Below are positions 46,423 through 55,976 of a stretch of DNA of 64,000 nucleotides, piece by piece (within the stretch, counting starts at the first letter, position 1; every line of letters begins with the position of its first letter). The stretch covers positions 17,224-81,223 of the forward strand of contig CACZZG010000001.1 in the NCBI GenBank assembly GCA_902785645.1, given 5' to 3'. A program made the translations under genes and the position numbers. Source of the stretch: an uncultured Erysipelotrichaceae bacterium (GTDB lineage: Bacteria > Bacillota_I > Bacilli_A > RFN20 > CAG-826). Under the pieces are notes generated by a model. It was given only the letters and a program-made list of their open reading frames with translations, searched no databases and was not told where the DNA came from.

Positions 46423-48531
46423 TTATAGCTCGATATGGGCATCTTCAACTGGTTTGTTGCCAATGATTTCATTAACGACTTCATAAGCAAAAAACACTGG
46501 GATGCTAACAACTGTGCCAGTTTCCCTCACTTTATAGCTTTCAAAACCGGTGACATAGTGTGTGCCGATTGTGGAAGTATCAAGTATGGATACATCAATA
46601 GTCATTTTTGTAGTTTCGTTGTAATCAAGAATGCGAGAATCTCTATGAACATATCTATATTGTTCTGGTAAATAGAAATGTGGTTCGGCAGATTCAACGC
46701 GAACCTTGATTTTATCAGCAGCGAAATGTTGATCTTTTTGTAAGATTAATCGTCTGCCGAGTCTTGAAGCTCTATTTCCGTTTTCATCTTCATAGATTTG
46801 ATTATCATAGATACTATTGCCTTCAGTAGGTTTAACTTCAATATCTAGTCTTTCCATGAAGAATTGAACATTGCTTGGAACAACAAAATAAGAAAGTATG
46901 ACATCTACTGTTTTGGAAGAGCCATATTGTCTATAAGTAATCTTAAGTTGCATTGTTTTGTGTCCAGGTGTGGATGTGTCAATACCTTTAATATATTCAT
47001 ATTGGCGTTGAGCAATATCTTCTTCATTTTCACCATCAAAATAGAAATAGTCGCGGGTAGCAAAAATTGCTTTGAGTCTGTTTGTGTCGATGTTGTCGCC
47101 TTGCTTGAAGAAGATACCTTCTTCTTTTGTACTATCACTTACGCCAAGATCTTCTCTATCGTATGAGAACGCATCACCCATTGGGCCAAAAGCTTCACCT
47201 GCTAATTCTTGAATAGCTTCGAAATCACCTGTTTCAGCAACTTCGTTTAAGTCGTCGTTGAATTTAGCAATATCAACACCGAAGACGAAGAAACCTTCAT
47301 CAACGTTATTCTTTTCTCTTTCACTTAATAAACCAAACATTCTGTTATAGTAGGTGGAAACAAGCGTTAATGGTTGTTCTGGATCACCCATAGCCGCAGA
47401 GACAATGTCTTCTGTCGCATTCATGCCTAATAAACCAACAAACTTGATGATTGACTTAATAGCGACAGGTCTTAAACCTGCGAATATTCTATTCATCATG
47501 GCATCAACAGCGTTAAAGTTAGATGTTAATTCTGGTCTAACAGAATGGTATAAATCTACTTTTACACTTATTGTTGCAACTTTTCTTAATGCTGGAAGAA
47601 TACTTTCCCAAGATTGTTCATTTAAGTTCATGTTGGTAAAAGCATTACCAGCGTGGTTAGCAAAATTCTTAATGGATTCTGGTGTTGCTAATAAAGTTTC
47701 TTCTAATTTAGCCTTTTCTGATTCAAATTCTTCACCTGCGATTAAGCAAATAAGATATTTGATTTCATCATCTGTCATGTATTCTTTTAAACATGTCGCA
47801 GCGTGACCAACGAAACGGAAGAAGCCTAAAGCTCCATCGTCTTCAATCAATTCGAACAAACTATCAAATGTATATGCTTCTTCAGGATCAAATGTCAATT
47901 TATCAAATTCGTATTCGTATTCTGCGCCAGCTTTAATTCCAGGGTTGGAACCATTTAAAGCTTTGTCTGCGGATGCATAACTAATCATAGAACCTTCAAA
48001 AGTATAATGATCTGCCTTGATTAATCTAGAGAAACCCGCCCAACCTTTTTCGTTAGCTTTGAGATCTCTAATAGTGAGGATTGCAGAGTCCATATCTAAG
48101 TGGTTAAGTTGATCAAATAGATAAACAAAGAAATCTAATGTTGGATCATCTCGTTCAGTAACTTCAGCAATAGCCTTAACAATGTTAAATAATTGGCCGA
48201 CCTGTTCTTCTTTCATGTGATTGCTGTTCAAAACAGCATCAAAGAAGTCATCTCCAAAGAAATCTCTATAGACTCTTTCGTTGAGCTCTGTACCGACAAC
48301 ACCGTTTAAGAAAGTGTTTAAGTAGGAAGGATCAATAGGATTAAGTCCTGGATCTTGGATAGGATAAGTAACGTCGTAGTTACCTGGCTCACTTGGGTCA
48401 TATGGCTCAGATGAGGATTCACTTTGATCACCGGATGTATTGGAATCGGATTTGTTATTCCAACTCTTGGAACATCCAATGAGTAAAGACGCACTTAACG
48501 CTAATAACAATAAATTGCGTACTTTTTTCAT
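46423..48531 (-). CDS. Large lipoprotein, function unknown
   Basis: Start placed at the 'MKKVRNLLLLALSASLLIGC' lipoprotein signal. It lies 14 nt upstream of the next lipoprotein gene, so they are probably one operon. Confidence 0.7.
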   Translation of the reverse strand: MKKVRNLLLLALSASLLIGCSKSWNNKSDSNTSGDQSESSSEPYDPSEPGNYDVTYPIQDPGLNPIDPSYLNTFLNGVVGTELNERVYRDFFGDDFFDAVLNSNHMKEEQVGQLFNIVKAIAEVTERDDPTLDFFVYLFDQLNHLDMDSAILTIRDLKANEKGWAGFSRLIKADHYTFEGSMISYASADKALNGSNPGIKAGAEYEYEFDKLTFDPEEAYTFDSLFELIEDDGALGFFRFVGHAATCLKEYMTDDEIKYLICLIAGEEFESEKAKLEETLLATPESIKNFANHAGNAFTNMNLNEQSWESILPALRKVATISVKVDLYHSVRPELTSNFNAVDAMMNRIFAGLRPVAIKSIIKFVGLLGMNATEDIVSAAMGDPEQPLTLVSTYYNRMFGLLSEREKNNVDEGFFVFGVDIAKFNDDLNEVAETGDFEAIQELAGEAFGPMGDAFSYDREDLGVSDSTKEEGIFFKQGDNIDTNRLKAIFATRDYFYFDGENEEDIAQRQYEYIKGIDTSTPGHKTMQLKITYRQYGSSKTVDVILSYFVVPSNVQFFMERLDIEVKPTEGNSIYDNQIYEDENGNRASRLGRRLILQKDQHFAADKIKVRVESAEPHFYLPEQYRYVHRDSRILDYNETTKMTIDVSILDTSTIGTHYVTGFESYKVRETGTVVSIPVFFAYEVVNEIIGNKPVEDAHIEL

Positions 48532-48640
48532 AAAGTCTCCTTTCAAAAATTGTTATAAAGATTAAATCTATCATAAATGACCCGATGCGCATGTGTAAAC
48601 ATTAATTTTCATGTAAGCACGTTAGCGCACAGAATAGGGT

Positions 48641-48669
48641 TTCATAAAAGGTCCGATTTGTTCTATAAT
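48641..48669 (+). promoter_or_regulatory. Putative sigma-A-type promoter placed for a leaderless or near-leaderless ABC mRNA
   Basis: TTCATA, a 17 nt spacer, then TATAAT (48664-48669). The ATG at 48678 is 8 nt downstream and has no Shine-Dalgarno sequence. Confidence 0.3.
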
Positions 48670-48677
48670 ATAATTCA

Positions 48678-51281
48678 ATGATTGTTGTTAAAAATATTCA
48701 GAAGAAATTCGTTATCGAAGAAGGCAAAAGAAGCCGTTATGTCTTAAGAGACATTAATTTAATATTTCCCGATAAAGGATTCGTCTCTATCTTAGGTCCT
48801 TCTGGTTGTGGAAAGACGACATTTTTAAACATCCTTTCCACAATGGATACCCCAGATGAAGGTGAGATTTTTATCAATGGTGTCGATATCACAAAATTCA
48901 GCGAACAACAAAAAGTCGAATACCGTCATTTGAAGATGGGATACATCTATCAAGACTATAACTTAGTTAGACACTTGAATGTTTATGATAACATCCGTTT
49001 AGCCTTTGATTTAGGCTCCACAATACCAAAGGATCAAGAAGACGCAAGAGTCCATGCTTTGATGGAAGATTTTGGTATTGCTCATTTAAGTCGAAGATTT
49101 ACCACATCACTTTCTGGTGGTGAAAGAGAAAGAGTGGCTATCGCTAGAGCTTTAGCAAACAATCCAGATATTATCTTTGCTGATGAACCGACTGGTGCAT
49201 TAGATGATGAAAACGCCGAAGAAGTGATGAGAATATTAAAGAAACTTTCAAAAAGAAAATTAGTTTTGATGGTTTCTCATAACGAATCACTCGTCGAAAA
49301 GTATTCTGATCGTGTCATTAGATTCCATGATGGTTATGTTTTCTTCGATTCTAATCCATTGCTCGCGGAACCAAAAAACAAGAATAAAGTTGTTAAATCA
49401 GAACATCGTTATCTCTCATTATTTAAATTAGCTCATAAACGTATTTTCAATAAAAAAGGAAGATACATCTTCCTCTCAGTTTTAAACACCATTAGTGTTA
49501 TCGGTATCGCAATTGCATTAGGCGTATACGCTGGGTCACAAAAATTTTCGTATAACGCCCAACAAGATGCTTTAAAGACATACCCATTAACCGTTAGTAA
49601 TGTCTTCTATGGTACAGGAAATAGCTTCCTTGATGGTGGTGCGGATTTATATCCAAACGACGGAAAGATTCACCGTATCTCTGATGATCAATCCACGACA
49701 CATGTTAATTCAATTACATCCGACTATGTTAAATATATTCGCGATGAATTTGATAAAAATGGTATCGATCAAAATTGCTTAGTTCTAAAGAAAGGCTTGG
49801 CCCCTCAAATAGTGACACTTGGCGATAATGGTGACGCAGTAACATTTGAAGCTACAGACATTACCACCTTTACTGGATTTGAGTCTTTAATCGTTAACGC
49901 AGCGAATTACTTTAGACCTTTAATGGGCGGATTAGATACATTACAAGATACATATGATGTAGTGTATGGAAACTTACCTGAAAAAGATGATGATTTGTTG
50001 CTTGTTTTAGACAATCACGATTCATTCCCAACATATATGTTAGATTTGATGGGTTATAAGAGCGAGACCATTGAATATTCTGATATCGTTCAACATGACT
50101 TTAAATTTGTAAATAACGATGAATTTTATAATCGTCGTACTGTATTAGATGATCCTGGTGTCACTGGTAAATTCATGAAGAGTAATGAAGTACTTGCCGC
50201 AGATGGAAAACAAGCTGACCAAATTCAATCATTGTTATTAGAGGCCGCTACCTTATACCAAAAAGGTGGACAAGATAATATCAATCAAATGCTAACAAAG
50301 TTAGATGAAGTTGAAACATACTTTGAAGATACTCCAACAAATAAGAAATTAGCGTATTACACACAAGTGTCATCCTTGCTCAATCTTTATGAAGACACAA
50401 GTAAAGGCCATGTCATGAAAGTATGCGGTATCGTTAGACCAAAAAGACATGAACTATTCCCATATCTTACTCCTGGCTTCTATTATTCTAGAGAATATAG
50501 TGACTTATTCTTAAAAGAGAATATGGAAAGTGATTTGGCTAAAGAATATCAAAATCACATTACCTATGATCGCACTGAAGAAGGTCGTAAAGGGGCATTA
50601 GAACTTCCTGATGTTTATAACCTTATTGATAACAATAGGAAGGTTAAAAACGAAATGCCTGCGGTATATACATACCTCTTAGCGAGAAAGTCATTTGGTG
50701 TCGATGAATCTGTCTATCAATTAGAGATTGTCGCTAGAGACTTTAAGACAAAAGAAATAATCTTAAAGATTCTCGATGCATGGAATGACAACCATCAAGG
50801 CATCTATAAGATTTACTATAGCGATATCGGTGCGATGATCGTCAATATGGTCAAACGATATGTCGGCATTTTAGTGGCGGTTTTAGTCGCAGTTATTGCT
50901 TTGGTGATGATATCGAGCTTTTTAGTGACATCGCTTATTGCGATTCTTGAAATCTATTCAAGAACAACAGAGATTGGTCTATATCGTTCCCTAGGTGCAT
51001 CTAAATCATACGTCCGTTCCTTATTTATGGTGGAACAAGGTATGACGGGATTGTTCTCAGGTGTAGTGGGTATAGGCTTAACTTATGCACTTATACCTGC
51101 GCTTAATAAATTCATTGAAAAATCAATTTCCGCGGCGGTCATCTCTAACTTTATCGTTTTGCAATGGTATAACGCGATTATCGTTGCGATTATCGCTTTG
51201 ATTGTCGGCGTCTTATCCGCGTTAGGTCCAGCGATTATCGCCACGAAGAAAAAACCTTCTCTATCTATGAGAAATATCTAA
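48678..51281 (+). CDS. MacB-type ABC transporter: N-terminal ATPase fused to an FtsX-like permease with an approximately 430 aa extracytoplasmic domain
   Basis: 'GPSGCGKTT', 'LSGGERERVAIARAL' and 'IFADEPTGALD'. TM1 lies near aa 255-280, followed by a long soluble segment. Three C-terminal TM helices carry the FtsX-like 'EIGLYRSLGASKSYV'. Confidence 0.85.
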   Translation: MIVVKNIQKKFVIEEGKRSRYVLRDINLIFPDKGFVSILGPSGCGKTTFLNILSTMDTPDEGEIFINGVDITKFSEQQKVEYRHLKMGYIYQDYNLVRHLNVYDNIRLAFDLGSTIPKDQEDARVHALMEDFGIAHLSRRFTTSLSGGERERVAIARALANNPDIIFADEPTGALDDENAEEVMRILKKLSKRKLVLMVSHNESLVEKYSDRVIRFHDGYVFFDSNPLLAEPKNKNKVVKSEHRYLSLFKLAHKRIFNKKGRYIFLSVLNTISVIGIAIALGVYAGSQKFSYNAQQDALKTYPLTVSNVFYGTGNSFLDGGADLYPNDGKIHRISDDQSTTHVNSITSDYVKYIRDEFDKNGIDQNCLVLKKGLAPQIVTLGDNGDAVTFEATDITTFTGFESLIVNAANYFRPLMGGLDTLQDTYDVVYGNLPEKDDDLLLVLDNHDSFPTYMLDLMGYKSETIEYSDIVQHDFKFVNNDEFYNRRTVLDDPGVTGKFMKSNEVLAADGKQADQIQSLLLEAATLYQKGGQDNINQMLTKLDEVETYFEDTPTNKKLAYYTQVSSLLNLYEDTSKGHVMKVCGIVRPKRHELFPYLTPGFYYSREYSDLFLKENMESDLAKEYQNHITYDRTEEGRKGALELPDVYNLIDNNRKVKNEMPAVYTYLLARKSFGVDESVYQLEIVARDFKTKEIILKILDAWNDNHQGIYKIYYSDIGAMIVNMVKRYVGILVAVLVAVIALVMISSFLVTSLIAILEIYSRTTEIGLYRSLGASKSYVRSLFMVEQGMTGLFSGVVGIGLTYALIPALNKFIEKSISAAVISNFIVLQWYNAIIVAIIALIVGVLSALGPAIIATKKKPSLSMRNI

Positions 51282-51284
51282 AAG

Positions 51285-51908
51285 TTATTTATTTAATAAA
51301 TAATAATAAAAATCGTATAAAGAATTATTATCACCATAGGTCACTGTGGTGATTTTATTTTCATCAATTGTGTCGGTGTATTCTTGATGGACTAAAGAAC
51401 CCAATCTTCCATCATTAAATTCAATAGTGAATGAAGCATACATTTTGTATTTATTGGAAGTGACTTCACCCACAATCTTTTTCCCCTTGATATTGAGTTC
51501 TTTATCAAAATGGTTTTCCCTTCTTATTTGGAATGTCGTTTCTGGAATTGAGGTAGTGGAGAATAAGTCCAAGCATTCATAAATGTCATTACATGAAGTA
51601 CCCATTTCGATATAGATTGGATCGGTTTCACCCTCTCCTGCGATATATAGTGTTTTATCGATAAATTGTAGAGCATAGATATCTTTGATATCTTCATATC
51701 CCACAAGATATTCCACATTGTCATTGATATATGATTTCATGTTTTCATAAGTCGTAATTGTTTTTTCTTTAACGACATATGGTTCAGAGGAACTATTTTT
51801 CCCTTTAATAAATTTAGAGATAAAGATAATTGCTAAAACAATATCCACGACAACTGACGCAGATATTGCAATAGCAATAATAGTTCTTTTATCTAGTTTC
51901 TTTTTCAC
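51285..51908 (-). CDS. N-terminally anchored membrane protein, function unknown
   Basis: A single TM helix after 'MKKKLDKR'. There is a 4-nt overlap with the upstream aldo/keto reductase gene. Confidence 0.55.
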   Translation of the reverse strand: MKKKLDKRTIIAIAISASVVVDIVLAIIFISKFIKGKNSSSEPYVVKEKTITTYENMKSYINDNVEYLVGYEDIKDIYALQFIDKTLYIAGEGETDPIYIEMGTSCNDIYECLDLFSTTSIPETTFQIRRENHFDKELNIKGKKIVGEVTSNKYKMYASFTIEFNDGRLGSLVHQEYTDTIDENKITTVTYGDNNSLYDFYYYLLNK

Positions 51909-52756
51909 TTTTTATTTCTAAATACTGGCCAAAGTGAATCTTTGCCATAATCGATTTTATTTAATTTGATTAATTCAATCATATCTTCATCACTAATGGT
52001 GAAATCTAACTTTGCGTTATCTTCGATATGTTCTTTGCTTGATGCTTTAGGAATAGATATGGTTTCTAGTTGCAATGTGTATTTAATACAAAGTTGAGCG
52101 ACAGAAACATGATATTTCTCCGCCATTTTGGCAATTCTTTCATCGTTTAAAGCGGCACCATGAGCGATTGGACTATAAGATTCGACAACAATGTCGTTCT
52201 CCTGACAGAATTTAATGACGTCAATTGGAGTATTACCGATATGGCATAAGATTTGGTTAACCATAGGTTTGATCTCACAATTATTTAAAATGTTTTCTAA
52301 ATCATCAACGAGGAAGTTGCTGACACCGATGGCTTTAACTTTGCCTTCTTTATAAGCGTCTTCTAAAGCTTTCCAAACTTGGATATTTTCTTTAAAGAAT
52401 CTTCTTTTGCTTCTAAATAGAATCCATGGTTGTGGGCAGTGGATTAAGATTAAATCGATATAATCGACACCCAATCTTTTTAAAGATGCATCGATGGATT
52501 TCTTCGCTTTATTATATGTTTTATATTCCGCTTTAACTTTTGTGGTGAGGTAGATGTCTTCTCTTTTTAGACCTGAGTCTCTCATGCCTTTACCGACACC
52601 TTTTTCATTACCGTATGCTTGCGCGGTATCAATATGTCGATATCCAGCTTCTAACGCCATAAGGACACATTTATCAGCGATTTTATTATCGATTAACCAT
52701 GTTCCATAAGCTAAACTTGGAATCATTTTTCCATTATTTAGTTTGTATTCATCCAT
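51905..52756 (-). CDS. Aldo/keto reductase
   Basis: RBS GAGGA precedes the ATG at 52756. Motifs 'LNNGKMIPSLAYGTW', 'GYRHIDTAQAYGNE' and 'LILIHCP'. Confidence 0.85.
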   Translation of the reverse strand: MDEYKLNNGKMIPSLAYGTWLIDNKIADKCVLMALEAGYRHIDTAQAYGNEKGVGKGMRDSGLKREDIYLTTKVKAEYKTYNKAKKSIDASLKRLGVDYIDLILIHCPQPWILFRSKRRFFKENIQVWKALEDAYKEGKVKAIGVSNFLVDDLENILNNCEIKPMVNQILCHIGNTPIDVIKFCQENDIVVESYSPIAHGAALNDERIAKMAEKYHVSVAQLCIKYTLQLETISIPKASSKEHIEDNAKLDFTISDEDMIELIKLNKIDYGKDSLWPVFRNKK

Positions 52757-52866
52757 ATTTTTATTCCTCATAATTATTTTACAAAAAAACATGTTCACTT
52801 CACATATTTATATACATTCGCACATTAAAAATAATATAATTAATGCATAAGAGAGGTAAAAACTTT

Positions 52867-54150
52867 ATGAACAAAAAACTCATTTTTGTTTTAGCTATGT
52901 TACTCCCTCTATCAATGGTCGCTTGTAAAGGAAAAGCAAAAGATTACTCGTTTGTAGATAACTTTTCTTTTAAAGAAGAAATCAAAGGTAGTGAAAGAGA
53001 CGAGCTCCTACAAAAAATAGCCGACAAACTTGGTGGCATTAACAAAGGTTCAAGCACTATGGTCTATGAACAAGTTGGTGGCAATTACAAAAGTAGAGTA
53101 GAAATGAAGCAAAGCATGACTTTATATTCTAACTACTATATGTCCGGCTTAGAAGAAAGCACTGAAGTAGTGGAAAGAGGTGGTATTAAAACCACCACAA
53201 AACAAAAAGCCGAAAATCACTGGTTTATTTCTTCAGACAATAAATATTCATTCAGCTTTAGTCTTAGTGAAAAGGAAGGAATGGATGTTGATGATTTAAA
53301 ATATCTTGCAGATGAAGCCGCGCTTGCTGATGAACAAAAACGTTTCGGTCGTGTTTTAGATGTCGAAGATTTCTTAGGAGGCACAGTATATAAAGATGGC
53401 AAAAACTATGTTTTTGTTGCTTCTTCTGTCAACGAACAATATTCACCTATGGAATTTGGTAATGATACAAAAGTCGCTCATGGCAGAATGGAAACGCAAG
53501 CTGTTGCTAGAGTTAATTCCAAATTTGAAATTACTAAAGTGCAAAACTATTCTGGTACATTCATGAACTATTTCAGCGATTCCAAAGAATATCTTAATGA
53601 AATGCAAAGAGTCAGCTATCAGTATATTGAAATGAGCCTTACTTATGGAAAGAGAAAAGCTGGCAATTTTGCTAAATACGAAGAACAACTCAATAAACCA
53701 GTTGTTGGTTATTTAGAAAACACTTTATGGCAAGGTAGTGTTGATGAAGATGGTAACTTTACCCAAAAAGGAAGCCCAGTAACACTTAATAATTCTTTAA
53801 AAGTTGAAAACTTAGGTAAAGTGCATTACTCTTCACAAGCAACCTTTACCGCAACCGCGGATAATAACGCCTTTGTCTTTGGAATTAATGCTACAACATA
53901 TCCAGACGCCCAAAGAGATTCTGAAAAGAAAGTTACAGAAGATTTAGTCTTACCATTTGAAGACAGCATCGGAAATGTCCCAGGTTTCTCCGTTAACGAA
54001 AAAGCCAAAGCCGCTGGAAAACAAGTTATCAATGTTGAACCAGGCACATACACAATTAGATTTGATTGGGATGTTGAAGTCGGTGCCGACGTTAAAGTCC
54101 AATTATCGAATGTTTCTTTAATTAGATCATTCCCACAAGCGGATATTTAA
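52867..54150 (+). CDS. Lipoprotein, paralog pair member A
   Basis: Lipobox 'MVAC'. It shares 'ERDE.L.K', 'H.FISSD.K.S', 'EFGNDT/EYGNDT' and 'G.F.KYEEQ.NKP' with the next gene. Confidence 0.75.
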   Translation: MNKKLIFVLAMLLPLSMVACKGKAKDYSFVDNFSFKEEIKGSERDELLQKIADKLGGINKGSSTMVYEQVGGNYKSRVEMKQSMTLYSNYYMSGLEESTEVVERGGIKTTTKQKAENHWFISSDNKYSFSFSLSEKEGMDVDDLKYLADEAALADEQKRFGRVLDVEDFLGGTVYKDGKNYVFVASSVNEQYSPMEFGNDTKVAHGRMETQAVARVNSKFEITKVQNYSGTFMNYFSDSKEYLNEMQRVSYQYIEMSLTYGKRKAGNFAKYEEQLNKPVVGYLENTLWQGSVDEDGNFTQKGSPVTLNNSLKVENLGKVHYSSQATFTATADNNAFVFGINATTYPDAQRDSEKKVTEDLVLPFEDSIGNVPGFSVNEKAKAAGKQVINVEPGTYTIRFDWDVEVGADVKVQLSNVSLIRSFPQADI

Positions 54151-54176
54151 TAGAAAGGATAATAGGAGGATTTATT

Positions 54177-55460
54177 ATGAATAAAAAGATTTTATTTACA
54201 ACCGCTATCTTACTTTCAATTTCCATGATGGGATGTCAAAAGAAGAAAGATAACCATGGATTTAAAGATGACTATAATTTCGGCGAAGCACTTGATGGTG
54301 CTGAAAGAGACGAAGTTCTCGCCAAAGTATTTGATAATCTAAAGAATGTTGTTTCAACAACCAACACATTTAAATATGATTATCAACAAACCTTATCGAG
54401 AAACATAAGTACTGGTAAGATCACTAATACTTATTACGACAATTACTACTATGTAGTAAAAGATGAAACTAATAATGTTGGTGAAGAATCAGGAATTAAA
54501 TTTACATCAAAAGACAAAGTTGAAACACACGTTTTCATTTCTTCTGATGGAAAATTCTCAACCAGATACACATTAAGGAATCTTAATGGTGAAGAGTCCA
54601 TTTATACAAGTAACATAAAATATCCAGATGAAGCCGCAACCGCTAAAGCAAAAAGAGAATTTTCTTATCCTGAAAGATATCAAAATATGTTTGAAGATTA
54701 TTCTTTATATAAAAAAGGCAAATCTTATGTTGCTATCGATAGTCAAAAAAGTGAACTTCATACACCAAAAGAATATGGCAACGACACTAGAGAATTAATT
54801 CAAATTGAAGAATTACAATGCGTTTATGAAATCAACGCTAAATTTCAAATCACAAAATTTAGTTCAATTGCTAATTCTTACTCAAATCTTGATGGTTCAA
54901 CCAAAGAATATACAAAAGATGTTAAATTATTAGTGCACGAAGAAGATGCAACCACATTTAAATACGGCACAAGAGCCAGTGGTGATTTCTCTAAATACGA
55001 AGAACAATTTAATAAACCAATGCAATCTAGCTATTATAACTATCGCGAAAATGGTAAGTACGCTGATGGTGTTTGGACCAAAAATGGTGAAACAAACCTT
55101 GGTGCTGGTGCACAATATTACACAACCGATCTTCAAACAAGATTATTCTCTATCATGTTTACCTTCAAACCAGATTCCACAAATAATGCATTTACACTCT
55201 ATCATTCCACAGACATTATCGATAAATATGTCACAGATGCAGAGATGAAACACGTAGTAGCACACTTCCCATCTCTCGCTGATCAAGTCGAAAAGATCGA
55301 AGGTTTATCAATTGTTGGAAAGACAGAAGCAGGCGATGAAATTATCCTCGCGGAAGAAGGCAAAACATACAGACTAAGACTTGAATTCGTCGCTACCGTT
55401 ACCGGTGTGGACACAATTCAATTCAGCGATGTCAAATTAATTAACTGTTACGCTGACTAA
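54177..55460 (+). CDS. Lipoprotein, paralog pair member B
   Basis: RBS AGGAGG and lipobox 'MMGC'. Colinear with 52867-54150. Confidence 0.75.
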   Translation: MNKKILFTTAILLSISMMGCQKKKDNHGFKDDYNFGEALDGAERDEVLAKVFDNLKNVVSTTNTFKYDYQQTLSRNISTGKITNTYYDNYYYVVKDETNNVGEESGIKFTSKDKVETHVFISSDGKFSTRYTLRNLNGEESIYTSNIKYPDEAATAKAKREFSYPERYQNMFEDYSLYKKGKSYVAIDSQKSELHTPKEYGNDTRELIQIEELQCVYEINAKFQITKFSSIANSYSNLDGSTKEYTKDVKLLVHEEDATTFKYGTRASGDFSKYEEQFNKPMQSSYYNYRENGKYADGVWTKNGETNLGAGAQYYTTDLQTRLFSIMFTFKPDSTNNAFTLYHSTDIIDKYVTDAEMKHVVAHFPSLADQVEKIEGLSIVGKTEAGDEIILAEEGKTYRLRLEFVATVTGVDTIQFSDVKLINCYAD

Positions 55461-55474
55461 TCGTTAAATCAATT

Positions 55475-55500
55475 AAGCGCATCTTCGGATGTGCTTTTTT
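55475..55500 (+). terminator. Rho-independent terminator
   Basis: Stem AAGCGCATC / TTCG / GATGTGCTT followed by TTTTTT. Confidence 0.8.
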
Positions 55501-55505
55501 GATGC

Positions 55506-55533
55506 AAAAATAAAAGGTCTATTTTATAGACCT
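55506..55533 (-). terminator. Rho-independent terminator overlapping the flavodoxin-like gene stop
   Basis: On the minus strand: AGGTCTA / TAAAA / TAGACCT followed by TTTTATTTTT. Confidence 0.65.
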
Positions 55534-55970
55534 AATATTTGTTTCGCTTGTTCTTGTTTCTTCAGTGGATAAGAGATAACTTTAACTTCTTTCTTAAATC
55601 CCATCTTCTCAATTTGTTTGAGTGATTTCTTGGTGCTTTCACCAGCGGGATAAAGGATGAAAGAAGTGGTTTCTTTATTTAGTTCATGTTCACTTAAGAA
55701 TGTTGTTATTGGTGTGCTTAATCGATCGTTCCATATTGGTGAACCGATGATTACTTCATCATCATTCTTTAGTTCAAGATTAATTGGAAGCAATTTCTCT
55801 TTCTTATGAGACATCGCTCGTCCACCGTATTTAATGATGGTGAAGAATCCGATTTTTTTAACGGGTTTAACGAGTTCCAATTTTACTGGCTCATATCCCT
55901 TTTCTTTTAGTAAAGAAGCGAGAAAGTCTCCATTTCCCGTGAAAGAGAAGTATACAAAGTATTTTTTCAT
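55524..55970 (-). CDS. Flavodoxin-like protein
   Basis: N-terminal 'VYFSFTGNG' (FMN phosphate loop-like) and 'IIGSPIWNDRLSTPITTFL'. Confidence 0.65.
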   Translation of the reverse strand: MKKYFVYFSFTGNGDFLASLLKEKGYEPVKLELVKPVKKIGFFTIIKYGGRAMSHKKEKLLPINLELKNDDEVIIGSPIWNDRLSTPITTFLSEHELNKETTSFILYPAGESTKKSLKQIEKMGFKKEVKVISYPLKKQEQAKQILGL

Positions 55971-55976
55971 GATTAA

